Below, piece after piece: positions 9,580 to 18,121 of a DNA stretch of 64,000 bases. How positions within the stretch are numbered: position 1 is the stretch's first letter; each line of letters starts with the position of its first letter. Both the position numbers and the translations under genes were made by a program. Below the pieces are notes generated by a model. That model saw nothing but the letters and a program-made list of their open reading frames with translations, made no database searches and was not told the DNA's origin. Origin of the DNA: Dehalococcoidia bacterium (GTDB taxonomy: Bacteria; Chloroflexota; Dehalococcoidia; Bin125); contig OZ241375.1 of assembly GCA_965200625.1 (NCBI GenBank), positions 2,226,699 to 2,290,698 of the forward strand, given 5' to 3'.

Positions 9580-11403
9580 TTGTTCAGCGCCTGGTTCGCG
9601 TACTTCATTGGACGCTGGGAGGGGTACAACCTCCAGAAGCTGCGCGGGGACATCTTCGGCGGGGTGACTTCCGGAGTCGTCGCGCTGCCGGTCTCGCTGG
9701 CGTTGGGCGTGGCCGCAGTCTCGACCGCGGGCGGCGATGTTGGCCAGGGCGCGCTGGCCGGTCTGTACGGGGCGATCGCGGTCGGCGTCTGCGCCGCGTT
9801 GTTCGGCGGGACGCCGGCGCAGGTCTCCGGGCCGACGCCGCCGATGGCAATCGCGATGGCCGTGGTGGTCGCGCAGAAGGGGCTGGAAGAGGCCTTCGCG
9901 GTCGTCCTGCTGGCCGGGCTGTTCCAGATCGCGTTTGGCGTGCTGCGGGTCGGGCGGTTCATTTCGTACACGCCCTATTCGGTGATTTCGGGATTTATGT
10001 CGGGCATCGGCATGATCATCATCGTGATCCAGCTGCTGCCGTTCTTCGGCTTCCCCGTCCAGGCGGGACGGCTGACGGCGTCGCTGGAAGCGCTGCCCGA
10101 CGCGATTCGGGAACTCAACATTGACGCCTTCGGCGTGGCGCTGTTCACGCTGGGTCTGGTCGTGTTCTGGCCGCGCCGCTTCCGCGGCGTGATCCCGCCG
10201 ACGCTGGCGGCGCTGGTGCTGGGCACCGGCCTGAGCCTGCTCTGGCTGGACGGCGCGCCCACCATCGGCGACATTCCGACCGGTTTCCCCTCGCTTCAGT
10301 GGCCGGACTGGTCGCTTGACTTCGTGCTCGCGGTGATCGAGCCCGCGTTCATCATCGCGCTGCTGGGTTCAATCGACAGTCTGCTCACGTCGCTCGTGGC
10401 GGATTCGCTGACGCGCACGACGCACCGGCCGAATCGCGAGCTGTTCGGCCAGGGTCTGGGCAACACGCTCTCGGGCCTGATCGGCGGGCTGCCGGGCGCG
10501 GGGATGACGCTGACGACGGTGGTCAACGTCCGCGCCGGCGGCCGGACGCCGCTGGCGGGCATTCTGGTCGCGGTCGTGCTGCTGGCGCTGGCGATGGGCG
10601 GCGGCGCGATTGCGGAACCGATTCCCCACGCCGTGCTGGCCGGCATCCTGCTCAAAGTCGGCTGGGACATCATCGACTGGCGCTTCCTGCGCCGCATCCG
10701 CGACATTCAGGGCTCGCACCTGCTGGTCATGTTCATGACGGTGGTGCTGACGATGTTCGTCGATCTGGTCACGGCGGTAGCGATTGGCCTGATCGCGGCC
10801 GGGATGGCGAATGCGCTCCGCTCGGAACGGTTCGAGCTGGACAACGTGCTCTCGGTGCCGCTGCTCGACCTGAGCGGCGACGATCCGTACTCGGCGCGGA
10901 CGGGCCTGCTGGCGCTGCGCGGCCGCTTCTCGGTCGCCTCATCAAGCGCCCTGGTGCGGGCGATCACGCCCGACATCCAGGAGCACGAAGTGGTGATCTT
11001 CGACTTCTCGCGGACGACAGCGCTCGATGACAGCGCGGCGATGGTGATCAAGGATCTGGTCGAAGGCGCGACGGAGCAGGGCACGCAGAGCATTGCGATG
11101 GGTCTGGAACAGACGCCGTCGGTCGAGTCGGCGTTGGACTCGTTGGGCGCGCTCGACGACATCCCGCCGGAGCGGCGGGTCGAGACGCTGGTCGAAGCGC
11201 GCGAGTTGGCGGATGCGCTGCTCGCCGAGCGGGACGCGGCGGAGGCGGCGCAGGCGGCAGAGGCGGCACTCGAGACCGAGGCGGAAGCGACCGAGGCGGA
11301 AGCGACCGAGGCGGAAGCGACCGAGTCCGACGAGGCCGTTGAGGGTGACGAGGGCGAAGCAGAGGCAGAGGCGTCGGAGGAGTCGAGCAGCGCCAACAGC
11401 TAG
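9580..11403 (+). CDS. SulP-family anion transporter with a C-terminal STAS domain and an acidic EAEAT repeat tail.
   Basis: N-terminal LRGDIFGGVTSGVVALPVSLALG and multiple TM segments typical of SulP. STAS-like region VVIFDFSRTTALDDSAAMV. TTG start at 9580 with a GGGAGAAG RBS. The C-terminal (EAEAT)3 is encoded by a 15-bp x3 tandem repeat at ~11278-11325. Confidence 0.85.
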   Translation: MFSAWFAYFIGRWEGYNLQKLRGDIFGGVTSGVVALPVSLALGVAAVSTAGGDVGQGALAGLYGAIAVGVCAALFGGTPAQVSGPTPPMAIAMAVVVAQKGLEEAFAVVLLAGLFQIAFGVLRVGRFISYTPYSVISGFMSGIGMIIIVIQLLPFFGFPVQAGRLTASLEALPDAIRELNIDAFGVALFTLGLVVFWPRRFRGVIPPTLAALVLGTGLSLLWLDGAPTIGDIPTGFPSLQWPDWSLDFVLAVIEPAFIIALLGSIDSLLTSLVADSLTRTTHRPNRELFGQGLGNTLSGLIGGLPGAGMTLTTVVNVRAGGRTPLAGILVAVVLLALAMGGGAIAEPIPHAVLAGILLKVGWDIIDWRFLRRIRDIQGSHLLVMFMTVVLTMFVDLVTAVAIGLIAAGMANALRSERFELDNVLSVPLLDLSGDDPYSARTGLLALRGRFSVASSSALVRAITPDIQEHEVVIFDFSRTTALDDSAAMVIKDLVEGATEQGTQSIAMGLEQTPSVESALDSLGALDDIPPERRVETLVEARELADALLAERDAAEAAQAAEAALETEAEATEAEATEAEATESDEAVEGDEGEAEAEASEESSSANS

Positions 11404-11425
11404 GCGTCCGCCGCAAGCAGCGCAG

Positions 11426-12061
11426 TCAGGACGTGTCGCGCCGCCCGTCTCGCCGCCCGTCTCGTAGCCAGGCGCGCTGGGCTTCCTGCTTTTCGTAGGC
11501 GAGGGCGAGGCGCTGTTCGCGCGTGCGCAGGCTGTCGGGCGCGAACAGGTCGGGTTGGATCGATTCGTGCAGTCCGTGCGCCTCCAGCAGGCGTTGCTCC
11601 AGATGCTCGCGGCTGTCGAGGCGGCCGTCGGCGCGGATATGGGCGACCGCGCAGCCGCGCTCGGCCAGCTGGCGCGCCAGGAGGATGGCGCGGTGGCACT
11701 GGAGCGGATCCTCCTCGGCGCACATCAGGACGGTCGGCTGGCGCTCGGCGTCGCGCATAGCGCGGCTCAGGGCCGCGGCGAACTGGGGCTGGGCGGCGAC
11801 CGCGGCGAAGGAGACGCGCCCGGCGGCGGTGTAGGCTCGCGGATCGTTCGGTCGCGCGCCCAGCGTCTGACCCTCAAAGCGGTAGGCCGCGCCCGCTGCG
11901 TGCAAGCGGCGCATCAGCGGCTCGCGGTTGAACCAGGTCGCCCAACGCGCGTGAGGATGCGCCCGCACGTCGATCACGAGCGCGATCTCGTACTGCGCGA
12001 GCAGGTCGAGAAAGTCCGCGAGCGGATAGTTCGAGTGGCCGACGGTGTAGAGACGCGTCAT
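11426..12061 (-). CDS. DUF488 family protein.
   Basis: N-terminal MTRLYTVGHSNYPLADFLDLL is characteristic of DUF488. 211 aa. Confidence 0.7.
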   Translation of the reverse strand: MTRLYTVGHSNYPLADFLDLLAQYEIALVIDVRAHPHARWATWFNREPLMRRLHAAGAAYRFEGQTLGARPNDPRAYTAAGRVSFAAVAAQPQFAAALSRAMRDAERQPTVLMCAEEDPLQCHRAILLARQLAERGCAVAHIRADGRLDSREHLEQRLLEAHGLHESIQPDLFAPDSLRTREQRLALAYEKQEAQRAWLRDGRRDGRRDTS

Positions 12062-12089
12062 CAGCGCGGCTTGCCCGAGACGCCGCGGC

Positions 12090-13454
12090 CTATGGGTAGA
12101 ACAGCTTCTGCGCGGCTTGGCGCAGTTCGGCGCGGAAGTCGGGGTGGGCGACGGCGATCAGCTCGTCGGCGCGTTGGCGCACCGTCTTGCCGAGCAGGCG
12201 GGCGATGCCGTATTCGGTCACGACGGTGTCGGCGATGTCGCGGGGGACGGTGACGATCTGGCCGGGGTCGAACTGGGCCATGATCGTGGAGATCGTGCCG
12301 GCGCGGTTGGTCGAGGGCATCACCGTGACGTAGCGGCCCTTGGGCGCGAGGTAGGCGCCCATGGCGAAGGCAAGGTGTCCGCCGACGCCCGCGTAGACGC
12401 GCGGGCCGATCGTGTGGACGCCGATCTGCCCGCTGAGGTCAACAGTCAGCGCGCCGTTGATTGCGACGATGTTCTCGTTGCGGGCGATCTGGCGGGGGTC
12501 GAGCAGGTACTCGATTGAGTAGGTCTCGAAGTGCGGGTTGCGGTGGACGACGGCGTGCTCGTCGGGCGTGTTGCCGATCACGGTGGCGACGAACTTGTCG
12601 GGGTGGGTGTCGGAGTATTTCCCCGTGATCACGCCGCGTTCGACCAGCGGCACCAGCCCCTCGACGGTGAGCTCGGCGAAGTAGGAGAGATTCTCGCGCT
12701 CGTCGAACGCGCCCAGGCGCGGCAGCGCGCCGGTGTGCGAGCCGACGCCGACCTGAATCGTGTCGCCGTCCTGGACTAACTGGCCGACGTAGTGGGCGAG
12801 CGCGAGGTCGGTTTGATTTGGTTCGGGATGCTCCAGATTGACGACGACCGGCGAGTCGGCGGGGACGAAGCAGTCGATCTCCGAGACGTGCAGCCAGGAG
12901 TCGCCGAAGGATTCGATCACGTTGTCGTTGATTTCGGCAATGACTTTCCGCGCCCGCTTGGCCGAGGTCACGCCGTCCCAGACCGAACCGCCGAGCGACA
13001 CGTAGCCGGCCTCGTTGGGCGGCGAGGTGCGGATCTGGAGCACGTCGATCGGCCAGGCCTCGTCAGCCTCGCGGCCGGCGTCCCACGCCTTGTGGATGCC
13101 GACCAGCCAGTAGGGGTGATAGTCGGCGACGCGGCTGTTGACGGCGTCGCGGTCGAAGAGCGTGCCGAACTGCGGCGCGAGCTTGAACGCTGCCATCATG
13201 TCTTCGGTGAACCAGCCGGCGTCGGGCACGATCACGGCGCGCACTTCGACGCCCTGCAGCTCGTCCCGTCGGGCGGCGAGCGCCTGGAGAATCGGCAGCG
13301 AGGCGTGGCCGGGCGGCATCCAGAGGTGGTCGCCGGAATGGAACATCGCCGCCGCCATCTCGGGCGTGGCGAGCCGCTCGGCGTAGGCGTCGCGCCAGTT
13401 GATCGTCGGGTCGAAGCGCGTGCTGCGCCGCTGGTAGTAGGGAGACGTGGTCAT
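12090..13454 (-). CDS. Acetyl-CoA hydrolase/transferase family protein (4-hydroxybutyrate CoA-transferase-like).
   Basis: The ATG at 13454 (MTTSPYYQRRSTRF...) begins a 455 aa protein with the characteristic ...GNTPDEH...GALTVDLSGQIG...GVGGHLAFAMGA... core. The 360 aa N-terminal extension in the ORF track (to 14537) is Arg-rich antisense junk. Confidence 0.85.
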   Translation of the reverse strand: MTTSPYYQRRSTRFDPTINWRDAYAERLATPEMAAAMFHSGDHLWMPPGHASLPILQALAARRDELQGVEVRAVIVPDAGWFTEDMMAAFKLAPQFGTLFDRDAVNSRVADYHPYWLVGIHKAWDAGREADEAWPIDVLQIRTSPPNEAGYVSLGGSVWDGVTSAKRARKVIAEINDNVIESFGDSWLHVSEIDCFVPADSPVVVNLEHPEPNQTDLALAHYVGQLVQDGDTIQVGVGSHTGALPRLGAFDERENLSYFAELTVEGLVPLVERGVITGKYSDTHPDKFVATVIGNTPDEHAVVHRNPHFETYSIEYLLDPRQIARNENIVAINGALTVDLSGQIGVHTIGPRVYAGVGGHLAFAMGAYLAPKGRYVTVMPSTNRAGTISTIMAQFDPGQIVTVPRDIADTVVTEYGIARLLGKTVRQRADELIAVAHPDFRAELRQAAQKLFYP

Positions 13455-13565
13455 CGCAATGCCTGCCGACTCTGCCTGATGCTGCGGGCGGGTGGTTAGA
13501 CTCGTAACAAGGTAATGCCGACGGCTCCAGATCGAACGGTGCAGCATTGAACGGCTCAGTATTGA

Positions 13566-14768
13566 ATGGGGGACGAGATGGCCAGTGACGGACGGATGGA
13601 CTTCGGAATCTTCATGGCGCCGTTCCACCGAGTGGGAGAAAACCCCTCGCTGGCGATTCACCGCGATCTGGAGTTGGTCGAGTGGCTCGATCAACTCGGC
13701 TACGACGAGGCGTGGATCGGCGAGCATCACTCCGCCGGCTGGGAACTGATTGCCTCGCCCGAGGTGTTCATCGCTGCGGCGGCGGAGCGGACGAGCAACA
13801 TCCGGCTGGGGACGGGCGTGGTCTCGCTGCCCTATCACCATCCGCTGATGGTGGTCGACCGCATGATCCAGCTCGATCACATGACGCGCGGGCGGGTGAT
13901 GATGGGCGTCGGGCCGGGCGCGCTGTCCTCGGACGCGCGGATGATGGGGATCGACCCGCTCTATCAGCGGCAGCGGATGGATGAGTCGTTGCAGGCGATC
14001 ACGGCGCTGCTGCGGCAGGACGGTCCGGTCAACATGAAGACGGACTGGTTCGAGCTGACCGACGCGCGCTTGCAGGTCTCGCCGTACACAAAGCCGCACT
14101 TCGAGATGGCGGTCGCCTCCACGGTCAGCCCGGCCGGCCGGGTGACGGCGGGCAAGTACGGGATGGGGATGCTCAGCATCGGCGTCTACCTGCCCGGCGG
14201 CCGCTCGAACCTCGAGGGGCAGTGGGAGGAAGTGGAACAGGTCGCGGAGCGCGAGGGCACGGTCGTTGACCGCAACAAGTGGCGGCTCGTGATCCCGATG
14301 TACATCGCGGAGACGCGCGAGCAGGCCTTCGCCGAGTGCCGCGAGGGTTGGCGCGCCTGGCAGATCGACTACTTCCGCGACACGCTCCAGGCGGTGCTGC
14401 CGGGCACGGCGGAGACGCCGGAAGGCGCGGTGGCGACGGGCGGCGCGATCATCGGCACGCCGGACGACGCGATCAAGGCGATTGAGATTCTGCAGGAGAA
14501 CTCGGGCGGCTTCGGCGGGCTGATGATGCTGGCGCACGAGTGGGCGAACCGCGAGGGGATTCGGCGCAGCTACGAGCTGTTCGCGCGCTACGTCGCGCCC
14601 CGATTCCAGGGTCAGCTGGCCTCGGTCGAGGGCACCCAGCAGTGGGTCGCTTCGGGCGGTGGCGCGGTCTCGTTCAGCCGCACCGACGTGCTGGCCAAGG
14701 CGTTCATCGACGCCGGCCAGGAAGTCCCCGACTTCCTCCAGGCCCCGGCCGAGGCAGCGTCCGACTAG
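13566..14768 (+). CDS. LLM-class flavin-dependent oxidoreductase (luciferase-like monooxygenase).
   Basis: DFGIFMAPFH...LGYDEAWIGEHH...VMMGVGPG pattern of LLM monooxygenases. Confidence 0.8.
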   Translation: MGDEMASDGRMDFGIFMAPFHRVGENPSLAIHRDLELVEWLDQLGYDEAWIGEHHSAGWELIASPEVFIAAAAERTSNIRLGTGVVSLPYHHPLMVVDRMIQLDHMTRGRVMMGVGPGALSSDARMMGIDPLYQRQRMDESLQAITALLRQDGPVNMKTDWFELTDARLQVSPYTKPHFEMAVASTVSPAGRVTAGKYGMGMLSIGVYLPGGRSNLEGQWEEVEQVAEREGTVVDRNKWRLVIPMYIAETREQAFAECREGWRAWQIDYFRDTLQAVLPGTAETPEGAVATGGAIIGTPDDAIKAIEILQENSGGFGGLMMLAHEWANREGIRRSYELFARYVAPRFQGQLASVEGTQQWVASGGGAVSFSRTDVLAKAFIDAGQEVPDFLQAPAEAASD

Positions 14769-14907
14769 CTCCCCGCTGCCCCCTCAGAGGGGGGAAGCTG
14801 TCCCGAAGGGACTGAAGAGGGACGCCCCCTCCGCCTTCTGCGCCTCCCCCAAAGGGGGAGGCCTTTGGAGCGTGTTCTCCTCCCCCCAGAGGGGCGGGGT
14901 GGGCGGA
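14769..14907. repeat. Cluster of GC-rich palindromic hairpin units (REP-like composite element) at a convergent gene junction. It shares a ~45-nt module with 46438..46634.
   Basis: Hairpins ccccctcagaggggg, gtcccgaagggac, gagggacgccccctc, cctcccccaaagggggagg and ctccccccagaggggcgg. The module gctgccccctcagaggggggaagctgtcccgaagggactgaagaggg recurs at 46.5 kb as gctccccctttgggggagctgtcacgaagtgactgaggggg and as ccctcagcggggagaggcgatcccgaagggactgaaggggg. Confidence 0.6.
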
Positions 14908-15609
14908 TCACCAGACCAGGCGGTCGGTGGACTCTTTCAGCGCTTGCCGTCGGATGCGGTAGTCGGGCAGGTGCGACTCGACGAGCCGCCAGTAGGCGGG
15001 ACTGTGGTCGGGTTGGATGAGGTGGCAGAGCTCGTGGACGACGACGTACTCGATAATCTCCGGTGAGGCGAAGATCAGGCGCCAGTTGAAGCTCAGCGTG
15101 CCGAGCGCGGAGGCGCTGCCCCAGCGCGTCTTCTGATCGCGAATCTGGATGCGGGCCGGACGGACGCCAATGCGGTCGATCCAGCGGTCAACGCAGTCGG
15201 TGAACTCGGCGCGGGCGTACTCGCGCAGCCAGGCTTCGGCGTCGCGGCAGCGGTTGTCGTCGGCGGGATTGACGAGGAAGCGCTGGCCGTCGTAGGCAAA
15301 CCGCGACGGGTGGTGGGCAACCGCGACGGGTTGGCCGAGGAGCGGCAGTTGGCCGCCGGCCCGCAGCTGGTCGCGCAGCCGGACGGGTGGAGGCGCGGTC
15401 AGGTGTTCCCGAATCCAGTCGGCGCGCCGCTGGAGGAAGGCGTCGATCTGCGCGAGTGGCGTCCGCTTGGGGGCGAGCACGCGCAGGCGGCGGTCGTCGT
15501 CAACGACGAGCGAGATGCTCTTGCGCCGCCGGGCGCTGCGGTGCAGCTCGTAGGTGAACTCGCGTCCGGCGAGGACGGCGCGGCGTTCGATCGGTTGGCC
15601 GCAGGACAC
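14908..15609 (-). CDS. M48/DUF45 (YgjP-like) metal-dependent hydrolase.
   Basis: HELCHL (HExxH zinc site) near the C-terminus and a YgjP/DUF45-like overall layout. 233 aa. Confidence 0.7.
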   Translation of the reverse strand: MSCGQPIERRAVLAGREFTYELHRSARRRKSISLVVDDDRRLRVLAPKRTPLAQIDAFLQRRADWIREHLTAPPPVRLRDQLRAGGQLPLLGQPVAVAHHPSRFAYDGQRFLVNPADDNRCRDAEAWLREYARAEFTDCVDRWIDRIGVRPARIQIRDQKTRWGSASALGTLSFNWRLIFASPEIIEYVVVHELCHLIQPDHSPAYWRLVESHLPDYRIRRQALKESTDRLVW

Positions 15610-15611
15610 CG

Positions 15612-16925
15612 CTAGGCACCGCCGTTGGCGGCTCGGTGGAAGGAGCGGCCCAGACGATCGGCGGCGTCTTCGAGGACGGCGGCGGGCGGCCAGGAGTAGG
15701 CGAGGCGCAGCGATTCGCCGTCGTTGCCGCCCCCGCCGCCCGGGTAGAAGCGGTTGCCCGAGGCGAAGCTCAGCCCGTCCTCGGCGGCGCAGTCGCGGAC
15801 GGCGTCGCCGGTTAGTCCGTTGCGCAGCTTGAGCCAGAGGAAAAAGCCGCCGCCTGGTTCGGTGACGTCGAAGTAGGGTTCGCCGTACGGCTCGAGCGCC
15901 CCGGCGAGGGTCTTGGCCTTGAGCGCGTAGAGGCGGCGCATCTGCTCAACGTGCTCGCGGAAGTTGCCGCGCACCATGTACTCGTGCAGCATCCGATGCA
16001 GCAGCGGACTGTTGCCCATGTCGAAGCGGGCCGGCACCATCGCCTGAATCCAGTCGGGCCGCGCCTGCACCCAGCCGACGCGCAGGCCGGTCGCGATCAC
16101 CTTGGAGAACGTGCCCACGGTGAGCACGCCGTAGCCGTCGGTCAGTTCCGAGAGCGTGGGCGGCGGCGGGCCGTCGAAGTAGAGCTCCGAGTAAGCGTGG
16201 TCTTCCATCAACAGCACCCGCCGCCGGGCGGCGACCTCGATCAGGTCGAGGCGGCGCTGGAGGGGCATCGTCAGCCCGGTCGGATTGTGGAAGGTGGGCT
16301 GGGTGTAGATCAGCTTGACGCGGCGGCCGTTGGCCTCGAGGCGGTCGATGGTGGCTTCGAGTTCGTCGAGCTTGATGCCGTCAGCGTCCATGCCGACGCC
16401 GACGACCTCAGCTTGCTTGCCCCGCATCGTGCGCAGCGAGCCGGCGAAGGTGGGGATTTCGGTAATCACGATGTCGCCCGGGTCGAGGAAGGCGGCGCAG
16501 ATCGATTCAATCGCGCCCGCGGCGCCGTTGGTCAGCAGATACCAGTCCGCGCCGGGCTGGGCGGGATGGTTGCGGGCAAAGAAAGCGGCGATTTCGTCGC
16601 GCAGCGGCGTGAACCCCTGCGGGCCGCCGTAGACAAGCGGCGCATCGCCGGGCGCGTCCAATACGCGGGCCATGGCCTCGAGCAGCTGCTGACGCGGCTG
16701 CGTGTCCGCGTCGGGGATGCCGCCGCCGAGCGAGATCGGCGGCAGATCGCTGAGCGGCGCCCGCTCGGAGAGTCCCCACGCGGTCGCGCTGCCAGCGGTC
16801 ATCCCGCGCGTCGCCGCGTTCGCGGTGTGCAGCGCCGGGAAGTTGTCCCAGGCGTCGCGGGCGGCGTCGGCGGCGCGGCTGCTGGGCGGAGCAAGCGGGC
16901 TGGGGGAGTCGGAACGGGTGGTCAT
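15612..16925 (-). CDS. PLP-dependent aminotransferase (class I/II fold).
   Basis: TFSKVIATGLRVGW (PLP-lysine context), NPTG motif and ~437 aa length typical of class I aminotransferases. Confidence 0.8.
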   Translation of the reverse strand: MTTRSDSPSPLAPPSSRAADAARDAWDNFPALHTANAATRGMTAGSATAWGLSERAPLSDLPPISLGGGIPDADTQPRQQLLEAMARVLDAPGDAPLVYGGPQGFTPLRDEIAAFFARNHPAQPGADWYLLTNGAAGAIESICAAFLDPGDIVITEIPTFAGSLRTMRGKQAEVVGVGMDADGIKLDELEATIDRLEANGRRVKLIYTQPTFHNPTGLTMPLQRRLDLIEVAARRRVLLMEDHAYSELYFDGPPPPTLSELTDGYGVLTVGTFSKVIATGLRVGWVQARPDWIQAMVPARFDMGNSPLLHRMLHEYMVRGNFREHVEQMRRLYALKAKTLAGALEPYGEPYFDVTEPGGGFFLWLKLRNGLTGDAVRDCAAEDGLSFASGNRFYPGGGGGNDGESLRLAYSWPPAAVLEDAADRLGRSFHRAANGGA

Positions 16926-17065
16926 GCAGGGCTCCAGCGAGGGTGTGCAGGGTAAGTATTCAGCTTAGGCGAGGCGCGCCGCTCAGTCGCAGGTCGCAGG
17001 TTGCACGCGGCGCGGGTTGTGCAGGCGGCACGTTCTGGGACAGGCGGCGGTTGTAGGCTGCAGGC

Positions 17066-18121
17066 ATGGCGGCTGAGATTCGGCTGGGCGTGCTCGATCA
17101 GATTCCGATCCGCGAGGGCGGCACGGCGGCGACGGCGATCACGGAAACGTTCGCGCTGGCGCAGGCCTGCGATCTGCTGGGCTACTCACGCTATTGGCTG
17201 GCCGAGCATCACAACGCCGGCTCGCTGGCCTGCGCCTCGCCGGAGGTGTTGATTCCCCAGGTCGCCTGGCTGACCGATCGGATTCGGGTCGGCTCGGGCG
17301 GGATCATGCTGCCGCATTACTCATCGCTCAAGGTGGCCGAGAACTTCCGCACGATGACGACCCAGTTCCCGGGCCGGATCGACCTCGGCGTGGGGCGCGC
17401 GCCGGGCTCGGACGGACGCACCGCGCGGGCGTTGGTGCACGGGCCGGGGGCGCTGGGCATCGATCATTTTCCCGAGCAGCTGCTCGATCTCTACGGCTGG
17501 CTGGCCGACGACCTGCCGCCCGATCATCAGTACCGCGAGGTGCGGGCCGCGCCGCCGGGCGCGCCGATGCCGGAGCTCTGGCTGCTGGGCTCGTCGCACT
17601 ACGGCGGCCACGTGGCGGCCGAGTTGGGCTGGTCGCACTGCTTTGCGCACTTCATCTCGCCCGAGGGCGGCGAGCAGGTGGTGCGCAAGTACCGCGAGCG
17701 CTTCCAGCCGTCGCCGGTCAGCGCCGAGCCGCGGGCGTCGCTGGGCGTCTCGGTCACGGTCGCGGAGACGGACGAAGAGGCCGAGCGGCTCTGCTGGAGC
17801 CGCTGGTGCTGGCGGATCAAGGGCAACCGCGGGATGCGCGGCGGGATTCCGTCGGTCGAGGAAGCGCTGAACTTCCCGTACTCGCAGCCCGAGCTGGATT
17901 ATCTCGCCTACATGAAGAATCGCAGCATCCACGGCGCTCCCGAGACGGTGCGGACACGGCTGGAACAGCTGGCCGCGGCCTACGACGTGGATGAATTCAT
18001 CGTGCTCACAATCACGCACGACTTCGCCGCGCGGATCCGTTCCTACGAGCTGCTGGCGGACGTGTTCGACCTACCGCGCAGCGACTCGGAAGCCGGCGTC
18101 AATCCAGCGGCGGCTGATTGA
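17066..18121 (+). CDS. LLM-class flavin-dependent oxidoreductase (MsnO8-like luciferase-like monooxygenase).
   Basis: LGVLDQIPIREG...YSRYWLAEHHN...IRVGSGGIMLPHYS is a signature of this LLM subfamily. Confidence 0.8.
   Translation: MAAEIRLGVLDQIPIREGGTAATAITETFALAQACDLLGYSRYWLAEHHNAGSLACASPEVLIPQVAWLTDRIRVGSGGIMLPHYSSLKVAENFRTMTTQFPGRIDLGVGRAPGSDGRTARALVHGPGALGIDHFPEQLLDLYGWLADDLPPDHQYREVRAAPPGAPMPELWLLGSSHYGGHVAAELGWSHCFAHFISPEGGEQVVRKYRERFQPSPVSAEPRASLGVSVTVAETDEEAERLCWSRWCWRIKGNRGMRGGIPSVEEALNFPYSQPELDYLAYMKNRSIHGAPETVRTRLEQLAAAYDVDEFIVLTITHDFAARIRSYELLADVFDLPRSDSEAGVNPAAAD

Noticed and set aside
12090-14537. The 815 aa ORF-track product for the CoA-transferase gene, and the 860 aa product 51039..53621 for rsmG.
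   Set aside because: The N-terminal ~360 aa (and ~610 aa) are Arg/His-rich low-complexity antisense read-through of neighbouring + strand genes. Internal ATGs at 13454 (MTTSPYYQ) and 51782 (MPRYVDP) give proteins of normal family length.
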